Origin: Octopus sinensis
Taxonomy: Eukaryota
Assembly (NCBI RefSeq): GCF_006345805.1
Contig: NC_043007.1
Location: forward strand, 24,118,001 to 24,182,000
DNA: 64,000 nucleotides
Direction of reading: 5' to 3'
Shown one piece after another: positions 37,808 through 50,680 of the stretch. The notes below the pieces were generated by a model, which saw only the letters and a list, made by a program, of their open reading frames with translations, did not search any database and was not told the origin of the DNA. Numbering within the stretch: position 1 is the first letter of the stretch; each line of letters begins with the position of its first letter. The position numbers were made by a program, and so were the translations under genes.

Positions 37808-38394
37808 GGACACAGAAAAAAACAAGGAGAGAAAAAAAATGCATGTGTAGTGGCTAACGATCTATATATATATATATGAGCAAAATGCCCCCCGTCCAAT
37901 GGACAGTGCTGAGTTGCCAAACATTTGAACCAAATTATCTCAAAACAACTTGTCTGACCATCCCATAGGCCTCTCCTTTGAGAAACACTGATTTAACCTA
38001 AATTTGAGACACCAGCAAAAGAAGAAATAAAGATGACATTTTTTTCTATTCCAAAGAAAAACGATTTTATTCACACAAATATGCAACCGAAGAGTTTAAA
38101 GTAATGATAAGGCTGTTGACTGGGAGAACACAAACATGGTTTAAACAGTAAGCTTGGCAGGAAAGAAACGTGCCTTTAAGCAGTACAAAAACAACAAAAA
38201 ATGGAAGGTGCAGTTATATACAGGTTGATGGAAGAAAAGCAGGACAAAAACGGCGTTATCGATCACATTCTCACCTGGAATCGATTTTTGTCATTCTTTC
38301 AAGACTTATACATGCCCTGATACCATCGATATCTACATATCAAATTTGAGCGCAATCGGATGGCGGATGCCCAAGATACTAGAAGACACACACA

Positions 38395-38426
<32 letters not shown>

Positions 38427-38429
38427 GCA

Positions 38430-38785
38430 TCCTTTTCTTGTCTTTCCATTTCTCCTCTCTCTCTCTGTCACTTCTTTGTGTTCCCCCTTTTAAAGTACAT
38501 CGCCAATCTCCATGGTTGCTGGCAACTGCTTCACAGTTGCTAATATTGATGTTGTAGGCCTTCATGTCCCTTTTGCAAACATCCTTGTATTGTAAGAATC
38601 ATGTCCCCCAACAAAGATGTCCTCAAGCAAGCAGGAATACCAAGCATGTTTGCACTCCTCACACAAAGACGTATGAGATGGCTTGCACATGTTAGCTGTA
38701 TGGAAAATGGCAGAATCCCCAAGGACATACTCTACGGAGAGCTTGCTAGGGGCACTAGGTCTGTAGGAAGACCGTTCTTACGATA
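38430..38785 (-). mobile_element. RTE/BovB-like LINE 3' fragment with a 5' inversion
   Basis: + strand 38597-38785 encodes NHVPNKDVL..RRMRWLAHV..GRIPKDILYGEL..GRPFLRY; its continuation LQYKDVCKRDMKAYNI.. starts at 38596 on the - strand. Confidence 0.8.
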
Positions 38786-38961
38786 TATATATATATATAA
38801 GACCATAAAAAACCAGGAGGTATGAGAGGTGAATATATTTATTTACTTACTTATCATCCTTAAGAAGACAGTGGTTTTGCAGTTCTCTTCATTTAATAAT
38901 AATTTCGTATATAATAAATTATGTTGATGTGTTTGCATTAATATGCATGCTGTGCATTATA

Positions 38962-39910
38962 TTAGGTTGGCAACTAAGTTCCTGCCATTTAAAAAAATTT
39001 TAATTTTTTAAAAGGTTTAATAAAAAATGGCAACTAATTAATCAATAATGTATTCACCCTTGTTGCTTACAACTTCTTCCCGACATTCAACAAGATTTTC
39101 AATACCTTGTTGGTAGAAATCACTTGATATCGACTCGAAAAATTGATCCAGGTTCTCAATTCTGCATCAGTATTGAATGAAACTCGACGCATAGCATTCA
39201 AAAGAGGTGGAAATCCGTTGGTGCTAAATCAAGAGAGTACGGTGGGTGTGGCAGCACTTCCCAGCTATGTGTTTGAATGGCTTCCTCGGTCATATTGGCG
39301 ATATGAGGGTGGGCGTTGTCCAGCAGCAGAAGATTAGGTCTTTTCTCTTGAATGGCCGTGTTGAGTCATTCCATCTGTTGAACATGGAGTTCTGCGTTGA
39401 CCATTTGGTTCCATTCAAACAATTCAAAATGGATAATCCCTTCCCAGTCCCACCGTACGCACAATATCGTTTTACTCGGATGAAGATCTTGTTTCACGTG
39501 CAGTGTCCCTTATTTACCGGGGCAAAGCCATTCCCCACGCTGCTTCATATTGATGTACAGGCACCATTTCTCGTCGCCAGTTACGATTCAGTAAAGAAAT
39601 TGTTCCTCGTGTCCGGTGACGAGCAAGCAAAGCAACGGAGATTATGGCTCATTGATTTTTGTTGTTGTCACATAAAGAATGTGGAACCTATGCTCCATAC
39701 TTTCCCATCGAGCGAAGATGCTTCTTTATAGCAGTGTGGGAGCATTCCATTTTCTCTGCCAGTTTCCTTGTCATTTGACGAGAATTTTCGTGCAAAAGTT
39801 GATTTAATCGCTCTTCATCGAACTCAACTGGACGGCCAGAACGAAGTGCGTCTTTGGGGTCAAAATTTCTATCTGAAAAGAATTTTAAGTGTCGGTATGA
39901 GTTATGTACC
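38962..39910 (-). mobile_element. mariner (DD34D) transposon relic, one TIR retained
   Basis: TA-TTAGGTTGGCAACTAAGTTCC TIR; RSGRP..DEERL HTH, WVPH, IVTGDEKW, DNAHPH, PPYSLDLAPTD; multiple stops. Confidence 0.9.
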
Positions 39911-40239
39911 ACCGCTCATTAAACTGATACAAATAAGTAGTATTTTATTTGTACCACCCAGCTTGAAAAAGTTAATACAATTCCCTCCCTTTATTGATAG
40001 ATCTTGTCTTGCATGTTACTTGGTGACCTCACTAAGGCTGGTGTCATGTAGAAACAAAACAAAAAACACCCAGTTCACTTGGTAAAGTGGTTGGCATTAG
40101 GAAGAACATCTGATGGTGGAAACCATGCCAAAGCAGACTATAAAACTTGGTACAGTCCTCTGGCTTGCCAGCTCCTGTTGAACAGTACACTCCATGTCAC
40201 TATGGGAAAATAATAATAATAATAATAATGAAATTATTG

Positions 40240-40575
40240 TATGCAGTGCTCAGGTGCACCACAACTTGTCAAAAGTGTGTATAAAGCGTATGCAGTAATG
40301 TACAAATGTCTGGGAAGTCAGCAGTGTATGAGTCAGATAGATGCTTGTGTGTGTACGGAGGGGAGAAAATCAGGTGTAGTGTTGGCGAATCTCAGGAAGC
40401 ATGGAAGTTTTGAAGGATGCAGTGCTCTGACAACTAACAACTGATGCCGGCAGTTTGTTCCATACTTCAGCAACTCTTAGTGTGAAAAAAATGTTTCCGA
40501 AATGTTTCTGATTTTGTAAACATGTCCACGGGTGTTAGACAGGTGGAGTTTGAAAAGGTGCTCAGAGTTATTGTT
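40240..40575 (-). mobile_element. CR1 LINE 3' end
   Basis: NTRGHVYK..RKHFFTLRVAEVWNKLPASVV....SFK. Confidence 0.8.
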
Positions 40576-41535
40576 ATGATGAATAAAATGGAAGCTAATG
40601 GTAGGTACACTTTTCAGTATGGCCTATAATAAAATGCAAGTGTATGTTTTAAGCCCACAGCAACTCTACAATAAAAGACAAAAGCATTAAATATTAGAAT
40701 AACACAAACTCATTGTAGTTGACGATAGATTTTATTTTAGTTCAGTTGAATTTTATTATTATTATTATTAACATTAATTTTCTTCTGAACATCTGCAGAT
40801 TAGTGAGAGAGAGAGAGAGAGAGATGATTTGTATTTCATTATTATAATTGTACTTCAAAATCCCCAATACAAAGTATTAGTATTGGGAATAGGAAAGGAG
40901 AGAGAGAATGTGAGTAGAATTGTTACTAGACTAAGAAGGTTTTTTTTTTTCATTTTCAACATATTGCACAAAAGACTGAGGGGTGGAGTGGGAGGAAATC
41001 TTCAAAAACATTGACCCAAACCCAAAACGATTTTGAACGTCACCTCATATATACATATATATATATATGTATATACAGAGTACAAAATCTATACAACACT
41101 GAACTTTCATGTACAACACATGACCCCATGAGCCAAGAAAGAGCCTCGAAGCAGTTCATCTTGCCAGAAATAGCAGTTGAATGATTCTCAAATCACACCC
41201 TAGTCTTAAGGGGGGAAAAAAACAAAAAGAAAAAACAAAGCACTCATTAATAGTCCTTAAAATACTAAGTTTGAATAAGACAGGATGGTCATGGCTGGAA
41301 TGCCTTTGATCAAATTTTCTGTCAGTGGGACTAAACAACATACCACTCAACACCACACACACACACACACACTCACATACACAAACACTAAAAAAACATT
41401 TCCCAAAGACATAAAATATCTAAATAATTTGAAAGAGGAGAGGGGTTTGTCACATGACTATTTAATTAGTCATTAATTAACCGGTACACAGTACTTTATA
41501 TATATATATGTATGTATATATATATATAGATAGAT

Positions 41536-42254
41536 ATCAAAATAAGCAACAAGGATATCCAGAGGTAATGCAGTACAATCGTTTCATGCGACTCCATTTA
41601 ATTGAACAATGCAAATATTACATCAATTTTAAAATGTAGAGCAATCTTCAGGTTTATAAAAATATAGAATTTAGTTAAATTCGAAGGATTCATTTGTATA
41701 ATTTTATACAAAATCACCAAGACGATAAATAGATAGACAAAGAACATGTTTTACCAACATCACAGTTGTAACAGATTTTTTTCAAAACAGATACTGCCTC
41801 ATCACTGATTATTTCTGTTATTTAGATTTACTTTAGGGGGGGGGGGTCAGTTTTAATTTATAGGCAAGTTTATCAAATCTGAGGGAAGACAGAGTGTAGT
41901 ATCGTTTAATGATACTACACTAGCCTATAAATTAAAATTGAACCCCCCCCCCACATCTAAATAAATAACTGAAATAATCAATGATAAGCAGTGTCTTTTT
42001 TGAAAAAATCTCAGTTACAACTGTGATGTTGTTGATAAAACATGTTCTTTGTCTATCTCCTTATCCTCTTGGAGATTTTAGGTAAAATTATACTAATGTG
42101 TCCTAATTCAATTAAATTCTATATTTTTATGCAGCTGAAAATTGCTCTACATTTTAAATTGATGCAATGAAATGATTGCATTGTTCAATTAAATGGAGTC
42201 GCATGAAACGATCGTACTGCATTACCTCTGGATATCCTTGTTGCTTATTTTGAT
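41536..42254. mobile_element. 719-bp PLE-derived foldback with an apical hairpin
   Basis: ATCAAAATAAGCAACAAGGATATCCAGAGG.. inverted arms of about 330 bp; apical AGTGTAGTATC/GATACTACACT (41893-41921). Confidence 0.88.
42129..42222 (+). ncRNA. Hammerhead fold in the right arm (G8A in this copy)
   Basis: ATGCAG-CTGAAAA...GAA-ACGATCGT-A-CTGCAT; the left-arm copy (41651-41568, -) has an intact CTGAAGA but a decayed stem I. Confidence 0.7.
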
Positions 42255-42367
42255 TATAATCACCTTATTTTAAATTATATGGTTAATATACTAAATTCTG
42301 GTGCCTTCAACTTAAGTACCATATTCATCTCAATCTATATATATATATATATATGATCACACACACA

Positions 42368-42413
<46 letters not shown>

Positions 42414-43460
42414 CACCTATACAAGGTAGGTGTGGACAGTAAAAGGGTGTTGAATGGTAGTCACTACATGCAAGATAAGATTTTTACAATTCTAGAGAAA
42501 TCCTTAGACCTGGTGGAATGTCCTTGGGGGAGGGGTAAAAAAACATGATTTTAAAAAAAGTTATAATTTTGGTTAATTTGTTTTCAAATACTGGGAATAA
42601 AGAAGAATATATTGCATTGTAGGTGAAAGGTGTCGACCCTCACGTGGCCACCATGTTGACATTAGTAAACAAGCAGTTGTTAACCACCTTGCATTGCAAG
42701 TAAGATGAATCAACAGTTACCACTGACCATCATGGAATACAATAACAACAGCAACAGCAGTAGCAATCAAATGAAACAATAATAATAACAATAATGATAA
42801 TAATAATAATGATAATAATAATGATAATAATGATGATGATGATGATAATGGTACAAGGCCAGCAATTTTTTTTTGGTGGTGGGGTCGATTACATCGGTCC
42901 CCATTGTTCTTACTGGTACTTTATTTTATCGACTCCCAAAAGGATGAAAGGCAAAGTCGACCTCGGTGGAATTTGAACTCAGAATGTAGGGCTGGACGAA
43001 ATGTAATTAAGCATTTTGCCCAGTATGTTAAGGACTCTGCCAGTTGACCGTCTATATATAATGACGATGATGATAATAATAATAATAATAATTCTTACTA
43101 CTATAGGCACAAGGCCTGAAATTTTGGGGGAGGGGCATGGTTGATTACATCGACCCCCCAGTGTTTCACTGGTACTTATTTTATCAACCTCAAAGGGATG
43201 AAAGGAAAAATCAACCTCAGCAGAATTTGAACTCAGAATGTAAGGACAGGACAAAATGCCGCCGAGTATTTTGTCCAGCATGTTAACAATCTGCCAGTTC
43301 ACCATCTTCATATAATATAATAATAATAATTAATAATAATAATAATAATAATGATAATAATAATAAAGATTTCTAACAAGTACAGAGCCTGAATTTTGAA
43401 TAGGGGAAAGGAGGAGAGCACACTTGATTAAATCAGTCCCAGTTCATAACTGGTACTTCC

Positions 43461-43493
<33 letters not shown>

Positions 43494-43714
43494 TGATGAT
43501 AATTACTATCATAGGTACAAGACCATGGATGTGGAGGGGAAGAGGGTGCCAAGTTGATTAGATTGAAAACTCCCACTAATTACCCCATGATGATGATAAT
43601 TACAAATAAAGGAATGTAAGAGTTAGCTTCACTGCTGTTGGCAAGAATATACAATATTCTGATAATATGTATATACATATATATATATCCACACACACAC
43701 ATATATATACATAT

Positions 43715-43871
43715 ATACACACACACATATATATACATACATATGTATGTATATATACATATATACACACACATATATACATATACATACACACATATAT
43801 ACACATGTACATATATTTATATACATATGTATATATGTGTATGTGTATAGTTGTACATGTGTGTGTATGTA

Positions 43872-43902
<31 letters not shown>

Positions 43903-43986
43903 CTATATATATATATATATGTATATGTATATGTATGTATATATATTTGCATCTATGTGTGTGTGTATATATACATATATGTATGG

Positions 43987-44024
<38 letters not shown>

Positions 44025-44683
44025 ATGAGCAGGTGGGTAAGGAGGAAAAGAGAGAGAAAGTGACATGGTTTGGTGACCAAGGTAACATCTGAATCCACAG
44101 TTAAAATGCAAATTGGTACCTTTTCCACAAAGATACACAGCATATTTAATATGCAAAAAAAAAACAAACAAAAAAAAAAAGAAAAATTATCAGCTGAATT
44201 TTCAAGATGTGCCTTAGAATGAAAAGGTCTCCCATAAAAAGTTTAAACAGAAGAAAATGAGCCAAAAAGAAAAAAAAAATGAATAAAACAAATAACAATG
44301 AATTAAATAGAAAACAAAAAAAAAAAAATTAACAGCCAAACGTGAAATGTATGAGTCGTTTCCACTGAACTCACCAAGAAACGCCAAACTCTTGAAATCT
44401 TCAAGCCTAAGAAATATTACAAACACATGGAATCTATGAAAGGGACAAAAATTATTTTTGGTTTAAATTTAAAGTGGAATTATTCTCACGCATACGACAC
44501 ACGCATATACACGTACACACACTCACTCACCGACTCTCATTCTCACATACAAACACACAGGCACACACACACAAAACCATACTGTTTAATATATGTCGTA
44601 ACATCCTGGAAGTGATATTACAAATTCATTCCATCTTTGTTTTCTATATTAGATGTATATTTTTTATATATATATATGTATGA

Positions 44684-44720
<37 letters not shown>

Positions 44721-45157
44721 ATATGCATATATATATATGTACATATATATATATATATATGTGTGTGTGTATATATATATTTACATATATACATACAACC
44801 TACATATATTGTCTATATATATGCATACATACATATATATATACACACACGTATACATAAATATATATTTACAGATATATGTGTGTATATGCATATACAT
44901 ATATATATATATATAATATATAATATATATATAAATTTATATAAAATATACATATAAATTATCTCTATTTCATACATACATGTGTGTATGTTATATATAT
45001 ATACACACACACATATATATACATACATATGTATGTATATATACATATATACACACACATATATACATATACATACACACATATATACACATGTACATAT
45101 ATTTATATACATATGTATATATGTGTATGTGTATAGTTGTACATGTGTGTGTATGTA

Positions 45158-45212
<55 letters not shown>

Positions 45213-45272
45213 GTATATGTATGTATATATATTTGCATCTATGTGTGTGTGTATATATACATATATGTATGG

Positions 45273-45310
<38 letters not shown>

Positions 45311-46285
45311 ATGAGCAGGGTGGGTAAGGAGGAAAAGAGAGAGAAAGTGACATGGTTTGGTGACCAAGGTAACATCTGAATCCACAGTTAAAATGCAAAT
45401 TGGTACCTTTTCCACAAAGATACACAGCATATTTAATATGCAAAAAAAAAAACAAACAAAAAAAAAAGAAAAATTATCAGCTGAATTTTCAAGATGTGCC
45501 TTAGAATGAAAAGGTCTCCCATAAAAAGTTTAAACAGAAGAAAATGAGCCAAAAAGAAAAAAAAAATGAATAAAACAAATAACAATGAATTAAATAGAAA
45601 ACAAAAAAAAAAAAATTAACAGCCAAACGTGAAATGTATGAGTCGTTTCCACTGAACTCACCAAGAAACGCCAAACTCTTGAAATCTTCAAGCCTAAGAA
45701 ATATTACAAACACATGGAATCTATGAAAGGGACAAAAATTATTTTTGGTTTAAATTTAAAGTGGAATTATTCTCACGCATACGACACACGCATATACACG
45801 TACACACACTCACTCACCGACTCTCATTCTCACATACAAACACACAGGCACACACACACAAAACCATACTGTTTAATATATGTCGTAACATCCTGGAAGT
45901 GATATTACAAATTCATTCCATCTTTGTTTTCTATATTAGATGTATATTTTTTATATATATATATGTATGAAATATATATATACATATATACAATATATAT
46001 ATATATATATATGCATATATATATATGTACATATATATATATATATATTGTGTGTATATATATATATTTACATATATACATACAACCTACATATATTGTC
46101 TATATATTATGCATACATACATATATATATACACACACGTATACATAAATATATATATTTACAGATATATGTGTGTATATGCATATACATATATATTTAT
46201 ATATAAATATATAATATATATATAAATTTATATAAAATATACATATAAATTATCTCTATTTCATACATACATGTGTGTATGTATA
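43715..46285. repeat. Tandem duplication B, period 1287 bp
   Basis: unique segment 44015-44650 repeated at 45302-45937; ORFs at 44427 and 45714 are identical. Confidence 0.92.
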
Positions 46286-46546
46286 TATATATATATACAC
46301 ACACACACATGTATATATATGTATGTATGTATATATCATCATCAATAAATATATATGTTTATATGCATGAATATATACATACATACATATATATATATAT
46401 ATACATATATACACACACACACATATATTTATGTATGTATGTATATATACATGTATATATATGTATATATGTGTGTGTGTATGTTTATAATATATGCAAT
46501 GTAATATTTATATGTATGTTAAATACACATACACATGATACACACA

Positions 46547-46599
<53 letters not shown>

Positions 46600-46741
46600 C
46601 ATACACACAGACATATTACATGCATTTATATATAGCTACATACACACATACACCCACACACACATACATATATATATATGTGTGTGTGTGAACACAAATA
46701 TATATATATACATATATAATATATATATATTATATATATAT

Positions 46742-46816
<75 letters not shown>

Positions 46817-46849
46817 ACACATACATATATATATATATTATATATATAT

Positions 46850-46902
<53 letters not shown>

Positions 46903-47368
46903 ATATTATATATATATATACATATATAATATATATATATATATATTATATATATGTATATGTATATATGTATGTGTGTATATATACATATGTATGTGTG
47001 TGTATATATATATATTTATGTACATACGTATACACACACAGAGACACTTACATACATATCTATAAATATATCTTCTTCTCTTAGAGAGTTAAAGGGATTC
47101 TCTTTCAGAAATATTTCTTTCCAATATCAATACCAAATTTTTGTTTTCTTTCGTAGCTTACTGCAACCGTTAAAAAAAAATCTCCTTTTTCTTTTTTTTA
47201 ATACAAGTTTTACTTTGCTAGAGAAAATATCCAAGGTAAATTTCACCACAATTAGTGGAAATACAAATTACAACCTTTTTAATTTTTCTTATCAGCATCT
47301 TTTGTTGTTTTTTTTTTGTTATAATATCATTTCTATTATAATTATAATTTTGATGTTAAACCACATTG

Positions 47369-48189
47369 TCACGAGTTCCTTGGTGTGAGAATAATTTTAC
47401 CATCTTTTACAATAATGTGTCCTGGAAGAGCATGGCCATCGGCGGTAGCTGCAGACAACTGTGCAGGGAGTGTGCGTGGTAACTCTCCGGTCTGCGTGGG
47501 GTCGGCCAAGATTGGTGGCGTTAAAGCAGACATACTCCGAGGTGGCGGTAAGAGAGGGGTGATTCTTTCTGGGGGTTCGGTTTGTTGGGTTGGCGTGGAC
47601 AAATTGAGGATCGGCGATGATGCTGCTGCTGCAGATGATGATGGCGGTGGGGGTGGCGGTGGCAAGGGGGGCAGCGGGGGCGCAGATGGGTCGATTGTGC
47701 TGTACGGCGGTGGCGGGGAACACTCCCGGCCTGCGACCACCGTGGAGTAAGGGGGCGGCGGTTCAATGTACTGGGGGAAGTCACTGCCAGGAACGTACTG
47801 TACACCGTTGTTAACATTCACAATGATGTTGCCGAACTGTGACGACGACGACGACGAGGGCTGCTGCTGCTGTTGCTGCTGCTGACTGCTCGGAGAGAGG
47901 AAAGGGTCGTATTCAGGCGGCACCGAATTTGATCCGGACGCAGCCGAAGATCCTCCTGCCGCTGAAGTTGCTGCATTCCCTCGCATGCCGGAGTCGTTTG
48001 GTGCCATGGCACGTCGCACGGCGGCACGCTTCATTCGAACTCGGAAAACTGCGATGATGAGTACGGAGATGAGGAGTATCACACCAATAGCACATCCAAT
48101 CACAGAATAAACAGCAGTTTGCATGAAGAATGCTTGACCATCAAGTTCAGTATCAGGATGTTTGGTCACAGCATATGTAGGGTGTGAAG
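47369..48189 (-). CDS. LDLRAD3-like type-I membrane protein, terminal coding exon (TM helix plus cytoplasmic tail)
   Basis: polypyrimidine-ttcAG acceptor at 48190; TM segment AVYSVIGCAIGVILLISVLIIAVF then RVRMKR; tail contains NVNNGVQY, EPPPPYS and SPPPPYS (two PPxY motifs), poly-Q/S/P; ends PRNS-TGA. Confidence 0.9.
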
Positions 48190-50076
48190 CTGAAAGTAGA
48201 GATTAAAAAATAAGAACAGGGTGAATACTATACATACCTATTTCTTTACTACCCACAGGGGGCTAAACACAGAGAGGACAAACACAGAGAGGACAGAAAA
48301 ACGGATTAAGTAGATTACATCGACCCCACTGCATAACTGATACTTAATTTATCGACCCCGAAAGGATGAAAGGCAATGTCGACTTCGGTGGAATTTGAAC
48401 TCGGAACGTAACGGCAGACGAAATACCTATTTTTTTACTACCCAGAAGGGGCTAAACACAGAGAGGACAAACACAGAGAGGGCTAAACATAGAGAGGGCG
48501 AAACACAGAGAGGACAAACAAGGACAGACAAACAGATTAAGTCGATTACATCGACCCCAGTGCGTAACTGGTACTTAATTTATCGACCCTGAAAGGATGA
48601 AAGGCAAAGTCGACCTTGGCAGAATTTGAACTCAGAACGTAAAGACAGACGAAATACCTATTTCTTTACTACCCACAAGGGGCTAAAAACAAGAGAGGAC
48701 AAACAAGGACAGACAAACAGATTAAGTCGATTACATCGACCCCAGTGCAAAAGTGGTACTTAATTTATCGACCCCGAAAGGATGAAAGGCAAATTCGACC
48801 TCGGGACTGACCCCATAACCATGTGCTTAAGAAGCAAAGCTTCTTACCACACACCCACTCCTGCACCTATATATATAATTTATATATAAATGAATATGGA
48901 TCTGTAATCTGGGCAGGTACTTAAGAAGCACTCTAGTATAGTGCCCCAAAACCAGTATGTCATGGCACACTGGTATGTCAACAGACAATGTTAAGTGTGC
49001 CGCAGTGTAACCTGAGTAAAATTTTTTTCCTTATACTTTAGTTATATTTTTAGTTCAGGTGTGACACTGAATTTTGAAAAGAATACAAGTGTACCACAAG
49101 TGAAATAATGGTTATGGAGCATTGCTCTAGTATAATCCAGGTTCTGGATCATCACATTGAATGATATGGAATTACAGGAAATTTTTTATGGGAAACAATT
49201 ACAGAGTATTCCACCTGATGAGTTTGCTTCTTTGGATATTATACATTATACAGAGTGTATATTTAAAGTCTTTAAAATAAGGACGGGAAATTGTACACCT
49301 GCAAAACTTGTTTATTATATTCTCTTTAAAACATTCCTATTGCATAGATGTTCAAGGATATGATTCACTTCAAAGATTTGTAATAGTAACACCTTGCATA
49401 AAGGTGTTCATGTGTTGTAGTGTTTACATAGAGAGAAACATATTAACATACAACCCCCTACTCAAATACTTTGGTGAACATCAAAGAGAAACAATTTTCC
49501 ATACTAACAAAGCCATGACATACCTGACTAATAGCCCCAACATCACAACTGAAAACAGGAAATGCCTTAAATAACAACATGTAAAGATAGGACCAGCCAA
49601 AAACTTACCACCAACCTACATTCTTTTATGAAAAAAAAAGTTGCTCCACCTAATTACTAAGGGCTTAAACACTGGACTTTGTATCTTTGATCTTTATATT
49701 GTCAAAGCAAAAAAGATTAAATCCAATAGTCACACCTTGTGGCTATCTAACAAAAGAGAAACACCTGCAAGTTTGTTTACAAAGTTCTACATGCATGAAT
49801 AAATTTTAAATAACCCAAATTTAATCAATAAAAATTTTTCCAAAACACCTTTCCATAAAAACTTAATTACCAATCCACTCAAACCACACACACCCAAAGA
49901 TGATTTAAACTCAACAGAGACTATATAAAGGCAAAACTAACTCTAATGCATCAAAGTCCAATGATGGCTTAACTAATCAAAACTTCGAAGTCACTGTCAA
50001 GAACATTCTCGTATAAGAATATATATAATACATACATACACACACATATATATGTGTGTGTGAGTGTTATCAAGTA

Positions 50077-50465
50077 CTAGCAGTATCGCCCGGCGTTGCT
50101 TGGGTTTGTTTCGACCATTTAGAATTGGAATTTTTTAAAAGTAAAAATTTGGCATTATGTAGCTGGTTATTCTCTTTAAGTGAACATTTTCCTGGTTGAA
50201 ATACACCGAAAAATGACGACACAACAGTAAAAGAATCGTAAAAAATAGGGTTTTTCATAGAAAAAAAGCACCTTTTTGATGTAAATAATTTTTGGTCTTA
50301 ACATGGTCCGATTTGAATTTTATCTTCTACGGAATAAAGAGCAAGCCTTCTATCATACTCTCAATTTTAGTCAACTTGCGCCGCAGGGTCTCGGAGGAGA
50401 TAGTGTTAGTTGAAGGCTGCCAAACCTGCTACACACAGACAATTTCAGCTTTATATATATATAGA
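50077..50465 (-). mobile_element. Non-autonomous Helitron
   Basis: A/TC 5' end at 50465; CCCAAGCAACGCCGGG hairpin and CTAG/T 3' end at 50077; no TSD. Confidence 0.88.
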
Positions 50466-50554
50466 TTAGAGTTTCATATTGTCTGCATCTATAAGGACCA
50501 TATGACTTGCCTAATGTCTTACACAACAAACAACACCAGATATTTATGACTTAC

Positions 50555-50680
50555 CTTCACAGTCCTTCTCATCAGATTTATCTGTACAATCATTCACTCG
50601 GTTACAAAGGAACTTTTTAGCGATACACAATCTTGATGTCTGGCACAGAAACTGATGCTCACTACAGGGTCCAGGCATTT
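50555..50680 (-). CDS. LDLRAD3-like protein, LDL-receptor class A exon (126 nt, phase 1-1)
   Basis: acAG/GTAAGT; encodes (E)MPGPCSEHQFLCQTSRLCIAKKFLCNRVNDCTDKSDEKDCE: six Cys plus the DCxDxSDE signature; in frame with the TM exon. Confidence 0.93.

Noticed and set aside
47385-48095. + strand and alternative-frame ORFs overlapping the LDLRAD3-like exon
   Set aside because: Shadow ORFs of a GC-rich coding exon
48236-48805. CRISPR-like regularly spaced repeats
   Set aside because: Units are whole SINE bodies without unique spacers; eukaryotic context with no cas genes
49215-49221. CTGATGA as a hammerhead core
   Set aside because: No stem II-GAAA or stem I/III pairing nearby
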